A stretch of DNA of 64,000 nt from Octopus vulgaris (GCA_951406725.2 OX597818.1:6572001-6636000), one strand, 5' to 3'; numbered from the stretch's first letter, positions 41,842 to 56,266 are shown. Translations and numbers: made by a program. The notes: generated from the sequence alone by a model not told the origin.

Positions 41842-42029
41842 ACACACACGCACACACGCAAACAGAAGTGCCTAGTTTCCTTTTAAGATCGGTAGCATGA
41901 TGTATATGATTGAATCTTGCATATGACTAGAGATACTCGTTCTGCTTTGGTTTTGATTTTTTTCCTCTGATATGATATATACCCGCTATAACGGAACTCT
42001 CACATAGGTCCTTACATATATATATATAC

Positions 42030-42711
42030 ATGCATATATGGGTACAGGACATCAGCAACAGTAATACCAAATCAAATGAGTTCAATACGCAAACAACAAG
42101 AGAAACAAATGGAAAACAGGACAAGTAACATAAAGAACGACCCTTCATCAGTTGTCGGCTGTCTATCTACTCCTCATTTCGAGCATTGAACGACAATATG
42201 AGTCTTCGAAGACAATTTCCCCCATGAGTACCAAAATAAAATTTAGGAATTATGGTGGGTCAAAGTCGGGAGCAAAAACAAGTCACTGGAGACATAGAAG
42301 GAAACCGAAAGAAAACAAACATGGAGAGTTGTTACACCAGAAAGAAGGTAGAATAGCGAATGCTGGATATAATATTCTTTTTGACAAGTGAAAAGACAGA
42401 AGAGAGAGATATGATACGTACAGTCGTTAGAAGAGTCCTGAAAGAAAGATGATCACATAAGGAAAAGAAAGATGGACAATGGTCACGTGTGACCAACGAG
42501 AGAGAGAGAAGGAGAAAGAGGGGAAGACAGAGACAGAAAACGATGAAGGGGAGAAAAGGAAATTAGAGAAAGTATGAGAGAGAAACGATGGGGGAGAAAA
42601 CAGACTAGAGTAGAGTCGCATCAAAAGAATTAAGATAAGCTTACTTGGAAATGGATGCGTGGCGTTCAATAACTTAATAATATAAATATCTATATACCTA
42701 CATGCATATAC

Positions 42712-42766
<55 letters not shown>

Positions 42767-42804
42767 CATACAAACATACATACATACATACATACATACA
42801 TACA

Positions 42805-42840
<36 letters not shown>

Positions 42841-43182
42841 TCAACATTTACACATGCACATATGGTTACAAGACGTCACCAAGAGTAAACAACATGAAAT
42901 ACGAAAACAAATGAGTTCAAATACGCGAACTTTTGTTCCCAACTTTGACCCTCCATAAATCCCAAATTTTATTTTGGTACTTATGGGAGCAACACTTCGA
43001 AGGTTCATATTGTTGTTGAATGCTCGAAATGACGACAGACAGACGACAACTGATGAAAGGTCGTCCTTTATGTTATTTATCCTGTTTTCCATTTGTTTCT
43101 CTAGTTTTTGCGTTTTGAACTAATTTGTTTTCGTATTTCATGTTGTTTAGTGTTGGTAGCGTCTTTTACCCATATATGCACA
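42030..43182. mobile_element. Two opposed copies of a (TA)n-anchored PLE-terminal-like repeat; the right copy (42855-43182) is itself a fold-back
   Basis: 42030-42280 is the reverse complement of 42928-43182; CGACAACTGATGAA is present in both; ~70-bp inverted ends 42855-42927 / 43110-43182. Confidence 0.6.
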
Positions 43183-43184
43183 TG

Positions 43185-43269
<85 letters not shown>

Positions 43270-45247
43270 CTCTAGTTTCACTGGTCTCACTCCCGAACTA
43301 TATGGCCGTTATATTGATGACTTTATCAGTGCCACGTCACTCTCCCGCGAACATCTAGACTCCTTCCTCTTTTTTGTCAAATCTTTCCATCCTGCCCTCC
43401 ACTTCTCCTGCACTATCTCTGACACCTCTGTCTCCTTTCTTGACATTTCGCTCATCATTCATCCCTCCACTCTTACCACCTCCATCCACTACAAACACAC
43501 AAACTCACACCCATACCTTAACTTCTTCTCCTCCCACCCCAAACACACTAAGCTTTCCATCCCCTATTCCCAATTCCTCCGTCTCCGCAGGCTCTGTAGT
43601 GATGACCATGACTTTGAGACTCAGTCTCAACTCATGGCTCGCCACTTCATCCTACGTGGATATCCCCTCACCACTATCCACACCAACTTTGCCAGAGCAC
43701 GTTCATTCGACCGTGCATGTGCTCTCTCCCCAAGAACCCGCTCTGAAGTCTCCCGCCTCCCTTCTCCCCTCACATACCACCCCACTACCCTACAACTCCA
43801 ACGCGCCATTCTCCGAGCTTTCCGGCATCTCCAGTCCGACCCGTCCACTTCACACATCTTCCCTAACCGACTCCTCCCCTCCTTCAAACGAGCCCACAAC
43901 CTACGAGACCTCTTGGTCCACAGCTTCATCCCCAACCCTACCTCCCAACCTGGCTCGTTCCCCTGCTTCCGCCTACGCCACCCTCCTCACCGGCACCCAT
44001 CATCAACCCTATTGCATCACTGACTCCTTCACCTGCACCTCCACCAATATCATGTATTGCATCCCCTGCTCTCTCTGCCATTCTCTGTGCATCGGAAAAA
44101 CGGGACGCCGCTTGGCTGACCGGTTCGCGGAACAGCTCCGAGACATCCGCCTCGGCAATGACACCCCGGTCTCGCGCCATTTCCGCTCTAAAGGTCACTC
44201 TTTGCAACACCTGTTCGTGTTCGGATTGTTCTTGCACAGAGGCCATCATGACTCCAGTTTTCGCCATGAACAGGGATTAATCTTCTCTCTTCGCTCCTTT
44301 ACGCCATCTGGGCTCAACTCTCCTCCTCTCTTCATCTAACATCCTCCTCTTGACTCTCTCCCTCACCCTCCTACTTCCTCCCACCCAACTCTCCTCTATT
44401 GTCCCAACTCCTACTTCTCTTCACTCCTACTTCTCTTCACCCTTTTCTCTTTCCCTCTTCTCTCTTACTCTTTCACCTTCTCTTTCTCTCTTCTTTCTTC
44501 TCTTTTACTTTCTTTCTCTCTTCTCTTTTACTCTCTCTCTCTTCACTCTTCTCTCTTACTCTCTCTCCTCACATACCACCTTCCCCTTCCCCCTTCATTG
44601 TCAACCCTTCCCCATAAGCCCACCCCACCCCTACACTTTCCTACTCCGCCTTCCCTATTCTTCCCATCCCCCATCCCATCCCCATCTATCCCCTACACCC
44701 TCTCCCAGATACCCCACCTCTACCCCCACCCTCAGCCTTCCCACATACCCCAACTCTCAGGCGAACCCACACCCCACCCGTGCTTTCCCCACTCTCGCCT
44801 CCCCCACTTCCCAACAACATCACACCACACAACACTACACCATACAACATTACACATCACAACACACCACCCACACACCAGCACTGACCAATTCCCATCC
44901 CCACATTTTCACACCTATACATACATACGCGCACACGTCCAGACAACCAGCCCTCTTTCACACGCACATACATACTCTCTTATACACACACGCACCTTCG
45001 TGTTGGAGGTCATATTTACTTTGCTATCTCCCCTACTTCTTCGCTCTCTTGTGTGACCCTTCTGTCCGGCAGTCAGTCGCTACACACATTTTTTTCTCTC
45101 CTTGTTGTTTTTCTATATCCCTTTCGGTAGAAGAGCGTAGGCTTGAAACGTAAAAGACTTTTTCTATTCCTGAGCGTTATACTAATACATGTGTTTGTTT
45201 TGTACACTACCTGTCTTCGTCTTGTGTTTTTTTCGTAAACTCTCCCT
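43270..45247 (+). mobile_element. 5'-truncated Penelope-like element (RT C-terminus + GIY-YIG + 3' terminal repeat) between (TA)n tracts
   Basis: YGRYIDDFI at ~43301; YLNFFSSHPKHTKLSIPYSQFLRLRRLCS; FTCTSTNIMYCIPC..C…CIGKTGRRLADRF…VSRHF…GLN; frameshifted. Confidence 0.9.
45121..45156 (+). ncRNA. Minimal HHR-like motif at the PLE 3' end
   Basis: CTTT-CGGTAGAA-GAGC gtag GCTT-GAAA-CG-TA-AAAG; stem I CTTT/AAAG; core non-canonical. Confidence 0.45.
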
Positions 45248-45369
45248 ATATATATATATATATAGGGAGAGTTTATATATAGGTGTGTGTAAGTGTGTGG
45301 GTATATATATATGCTCATATACATATATATTACTATAAATATATATATAGAGAGAGAGAGCGTAAGATC

Positions 45370-45920
45370 TATTTGCCAACGTACGCTAGACGTCCTGATT
45401 TTTAAGCCCAAACCAGTCTATCGATGCACAACTGCGTCCTTATACCTCGAACAAAGGAGCTAATGTCCTCTCCCAGCCTTAAACGCTACTTGTGGTCCGA
45501 TGGTTTCTGTGTTATTTCTCTTCATCGGCACACGATAAAAGTTGGCTCGAGGTGGTAGCGCTAGGCCTTCTTCGAGGTATATACTTTTAAAGTGACACAT
45601 AATCACTGATCTCGTAAGGATAAAAGCAATTAGTTTTAAGTCTCTGACCGAGAAATTAGTAGTAACAGTACTACAAATTAAAGTATATTTGCCAACCTAA
45701 ATTCACATTCCTGATTATAACAATGTTACTACATATTTTAGTCCCAGGAAAACATCTTTACCAGTTGGCTATCGACGCACAACTGCGTACTTATATCTCG
45801 AACAAGGAGCTAATAATACCACTCAGCCTAAAGCAATACCTGTGGACCAATGTTTTCTAGATTAATTCTCTTCATCGGCACGGGATAACCGTTGGCTAGA
45901 GGTGGTAGCACTAGGCCTTA
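45370..45920 (-). mobile_element. Diverged tandem cassette (351-bp period) with decayed HHRs
   Basis: 45418-45569 repeats at 45769-45919; minus strand GTG-CCGATGA-AGAG…-GAAA…GGTC-CAC; related to 55500-56270. Confidence 0.6.
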
Positions 45921-46322
45921 CGTACATATACGTATGTTTGTGTATGTATGTATTTGCATGCATATATGTGTATATATAAATATGTGTTTGTGTGTGTGTA
46001 TGTATGTTTATGTACTTTGTATATATGTATATATTTATGCATTAGATAAATGTTTAAATATATGAAGAAACCCAATTTAATGCATTTAAAGTCGGGCAGT
46101 CATAGGTTATTTGGTTGTTATTATAAGGTGATGGTACCTACATTTAATTGCCACAAACCTTTCGATTTCCAAATAATCGGAGTGCAAATAGAATAATGGA
46201 AATATGATATATATATGTTCATATGTATGTATGTATGTATGTATGTATATATATATTTATGTATACATGTATGTATGTATATATATATATATATACATAT
46301 ATAAATATACATATATACATAT

Positions 46323-46375
<53 letters not shown>

Positions 46376-47593
46376 TGTATGCATGTACATATAGATACCT
46401 TAGTACATGTGGATAAGTATATACTTATATACATACATACATATATACATATATTTGTGTGTGTATGCAACTCTGTATACGTAGACACGTATGCCCGTTC
46501 GCATCCACACATATATAAAGATACATATATTCACAAACATACACGCTGTACGTACCATACGAGTTATTCTGTCCATGAAGCTTTCTGCCTCCTTAATATT
46601 TTCTCCATACCGTAGCCCAATATTCCTCTCTTTCCCAGTTACATCAGTCCTACTAACATCCTCCTTTTCACTCTCTCAGTTTTGTCTCAAACATGGCATT
46701 GTTTCACATTTAATTTCTCTCTATTCCTCTCTCCTCTTTCCTCCTGTCCTAAGGCCTGTTGTCTAGCAAAACTCATTATTCACATTCTTTCTGTATTACT
46801 TTCTGTATAGACGTCATTGTTATTACGACACTCCTTCTCTCTTTTTCCTCCGCTGTAACTCTTTGTTTCTCTCTTCTGTTAGTCTTTCCTTCCTTCCTTT
46901 AGACAAGACAAATCTCACTTCAGCCCACCTCTTTTTCTCTTTTAACAATCGTAATAGTTCCGGGTTTTGTTTCTTAGCTCTCGGTTTCTTTCTCCTATAT
47001 CTGTCTTTTCTATGCCGAAAATCAGTCAGCCAATTTGTACTGAGTGCTATTTCTAACTTTTTTGCCTTGATGCTCTTATTGAATTCAAAACATGTTTATA
47101 TCTGAGTATATTTGTATCAATATTTAACAGAAGCAACAGTGTGAGTAAAGAGCCGAGAGTTACGTGCGTTGGGACTTATCAAACTAGTTATATATCCAAG
47201 AGCTGTGGATTTTTTTATAACTGGTGAAAAATTATATTTCCTTGGATCATTCTCGAACAAATTTTAAAGAAAAAATAACAGTCACGTGGACAATTCACAT
47301 TTTCCAAATACTTTGTCCGTTATGTCGTTCAATAAGCAAATACATAAACAAATAAATAAACAAAGGAAAATTTGTGCACGTCTTCACACACACACGCATA
47401 CACACACATGCATGCACACACACAAGATTTCGCATATATATATTTATATATTGATAAAGCTGGTAAGACAACAAAAGAAAGAAAGAAACCTCGATATTAT
47501 GTAAATAGAGGAATTTGTCTGTAAATGTAATATGTGACAATTATTCTGTAGCATTGATAAAACTCCGAAAAGATAGCATTTTTCCGATGGCCA

Positions 47594-47653
47594 GATAACT
47601 GAAGAGATGGCGGCGTGGGTTCCACCTCGGCATCCGACACTCGGAGTTTTATC
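47594..47653 (+). ncRNA. Decayed type I HHR inside a small fold-back cassette (47518-47691)
   Basis: GATAA-CTGAAGA-GATGGCG…CGGCATCC-GAcA-CTCGGAG-TT-TTATC; perfect stem I; GAAA changed to GACA. Confidence 0.65.
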
Positions 47654-48586
47654 ATGGCTACCGAATGATTGCCACATATTACATTTACAGATATATATAT
47701 ATATATAAATTAGAAATATAAGCATATAGAGTTACTCTGCAGCGTCTGCTAAATATTAATAAAAATATAGATATACTCATAGTTTGAGTTCTATTTTTCA
47801 GGTTTGTGTTACCAAACCTTTTATATTTATGTATATACTCTGATATGTCTTGTACATTTACATTCTCTTAACATCATCTCTTAAATTTTACTCACACTGT
47901 TGCTTCTGCTAAATATTGATACAAATATACACAGATATAAACATGTTTTGTTTCCTTTTGTTAGCATCCTTCTTTTATCTTTTATCTCCAGCTTATTGCA
48001 ATCATTAGATCGAGGCCTTGCTGGGGCACATTATGCATTGTATACTACATATACCCATCCATCTAAATTTCTCAATTTGTACCTTTACACCTACGTTCTT
48101 ATAGCTGTATCTATATAATTATAATATTTTTCAGTCTTTGTACCTTTCTATCTTACAGCATGCATCCACCATATCTCAGTTCCTCATTTACATCGATATT
48201 TCCCTCTCTGTTCATCTATGTGAATTTCATTGTTTCGTTGCTTCAGTGGCCGTCAATTTTGGCTCACTGGCTTTCTCTATCTCTTCTTCTCTCACTGTTT
48301 CTCTGTCTCTCTTTATCTATCTCTTTCTCCCAATCTCCCTCCTTCAATCTGGCCTAAGGTCTGTTTCACCCCACACCTTTTTTTCTGTTTGCCTACCCTC
48401 CGGTTTCTATGATTCACATTGTTCCCATTATATCCCAGGTCCTTTTCCAATCTTGTTCGTTCTTTTCTTCTCTATCCTCCCTCGAGGATCATCACCCTCT
48501 TCCCACTTTGTTTTCATCAATTTGTTATTGTTTTCTCAATCTGACCATTGAATACATGGAATGCTTATCCTTTTTTCCTTTCCCGG

Positions 48587-48749
48587 TTATTACTTTTATT
48601 TATTTCACGGTGAAATCCAGTTCTTCCCCTATACATAATTTTTTCACATAAATTCTAAGGACTGAGATGACTACGTGTGTGTGTATGTATATATATATAT
48701 AATTATATACATATATATATATATATATGTATATAATTATATATGTATA

Positions 48750-48817
<68 letters not shown>

Positions 48818-48914
48818 CACACACACGTAGTCATCTCAGTCCTTAGAATTTATGTGAAAAAATTATGTATAGGGGAAGAACTGGATTTCACCGTGAAATA
48901 AATAAAAGTAATAA
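48587..48914. repeat. Perfect long palindrome centred on a (TA)n tract
   Basis: Arms ~48587-48700 and ~48800-48914 are exact reverse complements. Confidence 0.9.
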
Positions 48915-48974
48915 ATAAAGAATAAAAAAATATATAAAAGAATAGATTTTTAGGTATATAAGGAGATTCTCACT

Positions 48975-49085
48975 TATACCTATACACATATGTATACATA
49001 TATACACACACACGCACATATACATACACACATACATACACACATATATATATATATATACACATACACATACATACATATATCT

Positions 49086-49135
<50 letters not shown>

Positions 49136-49330
49136 ATACACATATATATATGCATACACATATACACACATGTATATATACACACACGACCACACATACA
49201 TATACACACAAAAAAATATATACATACACACACATACACATACACGCATACACACACATATCCACATACACACATGCACACACAACACACAAGTCCCTAT
49301 ATACACATATATACACATACACACATATAC

Positions 49331-49376
<46 letters not shown>

Positions 49377-49792
49377 GTGTACCTATACATACCTACATAA
49401 ACACACATATACATACAAATACAGACCCATTCTAATTTTAATTTTATTATCTTCATTTATTACTTTTGTTATACCGCTGGTCACAAGCATCTTGCTATGA
49501 CAGCAATCCATTTATCTTTCTACTTGAAAACAAGCACTCATTCACGCACGCACACTCATTAGCACGCACACTCACTCATTCGTACACTCATACACATACA
49601 CGCACGCACGCGTTATATTCATACATACATACATCTACATACATTCACGATATACACATACGTACGCTACCTACAGATTCATGTCTACACTCTTAGAAGG
49701 CTAGTCTATACATATACACCAATAAATATATATATACACACATACATATACACCTACATACAAATACATACATATATATATATATATATAAC

Positions 49793-49825
<33 letters not shown>

Positions 49826-49967
49826 CATACGCATACATACATACATACATACATCCATACATACATACATATATACACATACACACACCCACACGTATAC
49901 ATATACATACATATATACGCGCATGCATACAATACAAATACATACACATACACATATACATATACAT

Positions 49968-50006
<39 letters not shown>

Positions 50007-50356
50007 CATACATATACATACATACATATACAAATATACACACACACATACATACACATATACACATACACGCACATACACATGTACATGCGTACCCATA
50101 CACACACACACACACGCGCGCATCCATATATACACATAAGTACACACATGCGTAAAAGTATACATATATCTATGCTTACACATACACACACACACGCGCC
50201 TCTATGTTCATACTTACATGCATACTCAAAAAATAAATAATAAAATATATATACGCGCAGTTATTCATACATGCATACTCAAAAATAAATAATAAATATT
50301 AAGTATATGTACGTGCAGTTACCTATTATACAGACGGATACATACATATAAACTAC

Positions 50357-50392
<36 letters not shown>

Positions 50393-51066
50393 CTTACACA
50401 TATGTACATATACATACACACATACATAACTCTACGTACCTACATATACATAAACACACGAGCGTACACGTATATGTACATATACACATACACATACACA
50501 CATATATATACATACATACATATACATACACACATATATACACATATATATATATTTATATATATACATATACATATACATTTACACATACATATATATA
50601 TATACATACATATATATATATATACACACACACATACACACACATATACATATACATATATATATACCCACACCTACACATATACACATATATACATATA
50701 TACATACATATTCACACATACACACACACATATATATACATACATATACATACACATACACATATACATATATACATACACATACACATGCACATACGTA
50801 TAACTCTACATACCCACATATACATATATATATATATATATATACACACACATACATATATATATGTATATATACACACACATATATATACCCATCTACA
50901 ATCTGTATATACACACACATACATGCACATACACATAACTCTACATACCTACATATACATCGACATACTCGCGTACACTTATATATATATATATATACAT
51001 ATACACACACACATACATATACATATATATATATATATATATAAATACATATATACACACACATAT
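48975..51066. repeat. Large compound (TA)/(CA)/(TACA) low-complexity tract
   Basis: Directly visible; source of many spurious YI/HT/CV ORFs. Confidence 0.9.
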
Positions 51067-51252
51067 ACCTAAAACTCTATTCTTTTATATATTTTTTATT
51101 CTTTTATTTATTCTTTTATCTAATTTACCACTGACTCCTTGACCACTCCCCAAGTATGATATTTTGCGATATGCCTACCCCCAAAAAGTCCCCCACCACC
51201 ACCCCTTTAAACCTGCCTAAATGTATAAATGCCAATACAATTCTTGTTAACT

Positions 51253-51303
51253 AGCTTCCTGAAGATTTCTCTTGAATGAAACAGTTCTAGTCCTGTAGAA
51301 GCT
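51253..51303 (+). ncRNA. Type I hammerhead ribozyme motif just upstream of (TA)n
   Basis: AGCTTC-CTGAAGA-tTTC tctt GAAt-GAAA-CAG ttctagtc CTG-TA-GAAGCT; perfect 6-bp stem I. Confidence 0.75.
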
Positions 51304-51880
51304 CCTTCTATATAATAAAAATATATATATATATATATATACGCATATACATATATATATATTTCGTTTACATAAATACAGATCTGTTTTGGATTATATT
51401 TTTGCCGTTTCAAACGAAGACAGTATATGTTCCCTTTCTTCCATTGTTTTCATACCAGAAATGTATAATTAGTTTCTTCACTTTCTTTTCTTAATTTACG
51501 CTCATCAGTACCCCGGCAGGTTGCCAACTGCAACATTGACGGATGAACTATATTTCAAGGTGACGAAATTTGGTGCCATCTTGTCGTCAACAAATGTGAA
51601 GTTCACGCGTTTATGTACATATCTATTGTGCTCTCATTTATTCCTAAATCTTTATTTCACAACCGTGCATCGTTTACATATACTTATGCAGTTACACACA
51701 CACATGCAAACACAAGCACACAGACAGACACACAAACACACACATAAACATACATAAGCGCACAAACACAAACGCACATAAATATTGGCACATCCACATA
51801 TATATATCTATCAATGATATACATGTATCGATAGACAGACAGACTGGCAGACAGATAGACAAACAGATAGACAGACATAC

Positions 51881-51911
<31 letters not shown>

Positions 51912-52191
51912 TATATAGATGATAGATAGATAGGTAGATAGATAGACACACAGACAGATTGATTGATCTATTGATTAATTGAATGGTTAAAACGCATGTA
52001 AGCATACGCAGACACAGAAACACACACATGCATATGTATGTATCTATGTATGCATGTATGTATGTATATATGTAGGTAGGTAGGTATATGTGCGTGTATG
52101 TATGTATGTATGTATCTCTCTATCTATCTACTTAGGTAGATAGGTAGATAGATAAATATATATATATATATATATTGCGTCTCCACACATT

Positions 52192-52231
<40 letters not shown>

Positions 52232-52239
52232 AATGTGTA

Positions 52240-52518
52240 GAGGCGCAATGGCCCAGTGGTTAGGGCAGCGGTTTCGATTCCCAGACCGGGCGTTGTGAGT
52301 GTTTATTGAGCGAAAACAGCTAAAAGCTCCACGATCTCCGGCAAGGGGTGGTGATCCCTGCTGTACTCTTTCACCACGCTTTCTCCCACTCTTTCTTCTG
52401 TTGGCCTGCTCGCTTAGCCAGCGGGGTGGCGTCATTCGAAGGCTAAAACAATGCGAACGCATTGTGACCAGCGATATGTAACTACATCTGATGGACTGGT
52501 CGGTCACGTAATCACGTG
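52240..52518 (+). mobile_element. tRNA-headed SINE between (TA)n tracts
   Basis: GGCGCAATGGCCCAGTGGTTAGGG (A box) … GGTTTCGATTCCC (B box). Confidence 0.75.
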
Positions 52519-52764
52519 ATATATATATATAAATGTATATATATATATATATATGTATGTGCGTGTGTGCGCGCGTGCGTGTGTGTGCATGTAAATATAA
52601 TTCTGAAATTGTACAACATGTATTTATAGATGAAATGGGGGCTACACAGAGATGACGCATCATTTTTCCTACATAAATGTACCAAAGTACAGTGCGAAAA
52701 ATACAAAATAGTTTGTTTTTTTTAAATAATGGTCTCTTCATCACTATAATCAATGAATACCGTA

Positions 52765-54083
52765 GAGTCAACTTTTAGATGATTTGGATACTGGTCTACA
52801 CGAACCGTTTCATTAACATAATGAGAACCTACATCAACGTTGGATCTAATCATACACCATTGATAATTAGGGGAGTCATTAATAGCATCTCGGCTAGAAT
52901 ATTTAGGTTATCCGCAAATAATAACATATTCAACATACACGTACCTTCATAAAATTTTACCAAACACAACAATAACTGCACACACAAAGTCACAAACCTA
53001 GATTATAGAATTCCAAACCATAAGACTAACCAAATCCAGACACATTACAATCAACCATAAGTTAGAGAAAATTTGTAATAGACAACAAATTAAACACCTA
53101 ACGGCTCAAAATACAATTGCCGCTCCAAGCACCCAGACAAACAGACCTAACTGACAATATAAAAACTATGACGTCATTTGATATAACCCAATCTGGAACT
53201 CCAACATCTCATCTATGATCGCGAAACAATTTTTCACCGCACTTGCTTGCTGCTTTCCTAAAAATGGAGTGTACAGCAAAATATTCAATCGTCACACTAT
53301 AAAATTATCCTATGCAAATTCATCAAACTTTGAGTACCGTATTCATAAAATTGACAGCCGTAAACTGAGGCAAAGACTTGCCAAGCACTCAAAATAAACT
53401 CGACATCAAACATAACTCATATGACCAACCTAACGACAATGTTTATAACTCGAATCATACTACCAGCTAACAGAGCAATAATTACAATAACAATGATAAC
53501 CCGATATATCGGGGCTTCGGCCTAATTTTTCAAGAGTTGCTACCGCAACCACATCGGCAGCATTCGAAATATCCTTAAACGACATGTAACACCACTGACC
53601 GATTTTATCTGGAGGCTTAAAGAAGCTTAGACAAAATGCGACCTATCATAGTCCATACTTAGATACGCGAGTCCCTACAACACTATGTCTAAGTAATGTC
53701 AATTATTCTCCAAGGAGTCACTCTCGATAAAATTAACGAAGGAGCGCATTATAAATAAATTCATTAAAAAATTACCCAGATGCCTACACGAAGTATATTT
53801 TAAAAAATCCGAAGATTAAAAATTTTTTACATACAAAATTTAGAGGATTTACCACTAAATATGGACATCCTGTATACTAGAAATAGACGTCAAAATCGCC
53901 ATTTTCCACGGATGATGTGTTCTCAAGAAAAAATTCTGCAAAAAACCAAAGCTTATTTTTACGCTTTGGTTTTTTGCTGAATTTTTTTTGAGAACACATT
54001 CTCTGTGGAAAATGGCGATTTTGACGTCTATTTCTAGTATACAGGATGTCCACTTTTAGTGGTCAATCCTCTAAATTTTGTAT
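52765..54083 (+). mobile_element. Decayed Penelope-like element with a terminal ~120-bp hairpin
   Basis: TYINVGSNH…; FPKNGVYSKIFNRHTIKLSY; YIGASA…YRNH…FIWRLK (GIY-YIG); arms 53831-53952 / 53963-54083. Confidence 0.75.
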
Positions 54084-54096
54084 ACACACACACACT

Positions 54097-54139
<43 letters not shown>

Positions 54140-54774
54140 CTGTGTATGTATATATGCGATTAAGCACGAACAAAACAAAAAGCACTTCGTCTAAGTATTA
54201 TTTTCCTTTCAGCTTCTATTTCCTTTTCGTTCTCTTAACAGTTATAACATCCAAAATGGAGGGTTTGATGGTATGGTCCGTGTTACAAAGGTGAAAGCTT
54301 ATATGTAGAGTGCCAGTTAGTAGGTGTAGCGTTGCAGAGGGTATGGCATAAGCAACTGATAATGAATATATCTTGTGAAAATTTGATGCATGAGTGTATC
54401 AATGACAAAAAAAACGGTGAGGCCAAAATGCAGTGTTAGTGTTCGTTACTTTTATGCCGGTCAAGAAATCTCGAAATCCCTATTCGTAGTGGGGTGGTGT
54501 CATAGCCAGTCCTACAACTTAGAGATTACCTGGAAGATTTCGTTGCCCCTTGGCAGAAACGGCCGTAAAGGACTAGCACATGCATACCCATTCAGTTTAT
54601 TGCCAGTTTGTTCTTTTGCTCAATTGCTCATTTGTCTCTATATGCTTATATGGTATCACACCTTTCACTCATACATGTGTGTATATTCATCCAATATCTT
54701 TGAATAAATCGACATACTGGAATGTTTATAGGGTGATGCCTGTCGATTTTATATCCTCTCCGTTTTCTTATTTG

Positions 54775-54870
<96 letters not shown>

Positions 54871-55454
54871 CGAGACAGGCAGAAAGACAGATAAATAAAT
54901 GGCTAGCTAGCTAGCTAGCTAGATAGATAGATAGATAAATAAATACATACATACATACATACATACATACATACATACATACATACATACATACATACAT
55001 ACATACATACATACATTGATACGAGAACATGGGTAATGAAGGATGTAACGAATAATGATAAATTTGGATTATTAGATTAGACATATTTATCAAAATGCAC
55101 AAATTATACCAACTGCGACAATCGAAGTGATATGATCATCGCATTGGAACCGTTCAAACTAAATAATTTCATAAGAGACATGCATTTTGTTGTTGAATTT
55201 ATTGTGCCAGTTATATAATCTCATTTTGTGAATTGGGTCTAAAATATTTACGATGCTCTAATCAGAGGATAACGGCTTGCCCCTTCTTCCAAAATTACAC
55301 ATTCCAGAGAATTCCGTTATGAGAACGTTTTTCCTATTGAATTCCGCATAACAGAATGAGATGGTCTTTAGCGAAATACTAGTGAAACATGAGCTCGAAA
55401 ATATGCTCGGAAATAAAAAAATGTCTAGATGTTCATAGGTTCAATAAATGTATG

Positions 55455-55501
<47 letters not shown>

Positions 55502-55707
55502 TATTAAATCTCAGAGCGAGATGTAAACAGTAACTGCTCAACAACGTAAAGTGTAACAGCCATATGGCTAACCACAAAGTGGGGGTGTTACTGTAGCTTT
55601 TAACCCCAGCAGATCGACGTCTCCAGCTGGCTTTAGACACACTTTCTGTGCCCTTTAGGTATTTGCAAAGGGGAGCCACCCCTTCCTCGTAAGCCTTAGT
55701 GATACGC

Positions 55708-55752
55708 ACCGGACCGCGGTTTCGAGATTATTGTCTCTTATCAACGGGCGGT
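55708..55752 (-). ncRNA. Type I HHR, U3-A8 core variant
   Basis: Reverse complement of 56061-56105. Confidence 0.8.
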
Positions 55753-56060
55753 AACCACCAGGTCACGATGGAAGGTAAGGCTTGCTTTGCAAATATATAA
55801 GAGTTTTTCTAGTGACGTCTGCCACTGATTTCGAAAAACTGACTGTAAGCATTATTAAATCTCAGAGCGAAATGTATACAGTAACCGCTCAACAACGTAA
55901 AGTGTAACAGCCATCTCAATATGGCTAACCACAAAGTGGGGGTGTTACTGTAGCTTTTAGCCCCAGGAGATCGACGTCTCCAGCTGGCTTTAGACACACT
56001 TTCTGTGCCCTTTAGGTATTAGCAAAGGGAAGCCTTGCCTTCCATCGTGACCTGGTGGTC

Positions 56061-56105
56061 ACCGCTCGTTGATAAGAGACAATAATCTCGAAACCGCGGT
56101 CCGGT
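56061..56105 (+). ncRNA. Type I HHR, U3-A8 core variant
   Basis: CG-TTGATAA-GAGA caataa TCTC-GAAA-CCGCG-GTC-CG; palindromic ACCGCGGT; GUC site. Confidence 0.8.
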
Positions 56106-56266
56106 GCGTATCACTAAGGCTTACGAGGAAGGGGTGGCTTCCCTTTGCAAATACCTAAAGGGCACAGAAAGTGTGTCTAAAGCCAGCTGGAGACGTCGAT
56201 CTCCTGGGGCTAAAAGCTACAGTAACACCCCCACTTTGTGGTTAGCCATATTGAGATGGCTGTTAC

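Noticed and set aside
42140-42215. CTGATGA and GAAA in the 42030-43182 repeats as an HHR
   Set aside because: No consistent three-stem fold could be built by eye
44350-45153. 267-aa S/L/P/H-rich ORF
   Set aside because: Low-complexity pyrimidine-rich PLE 3' region
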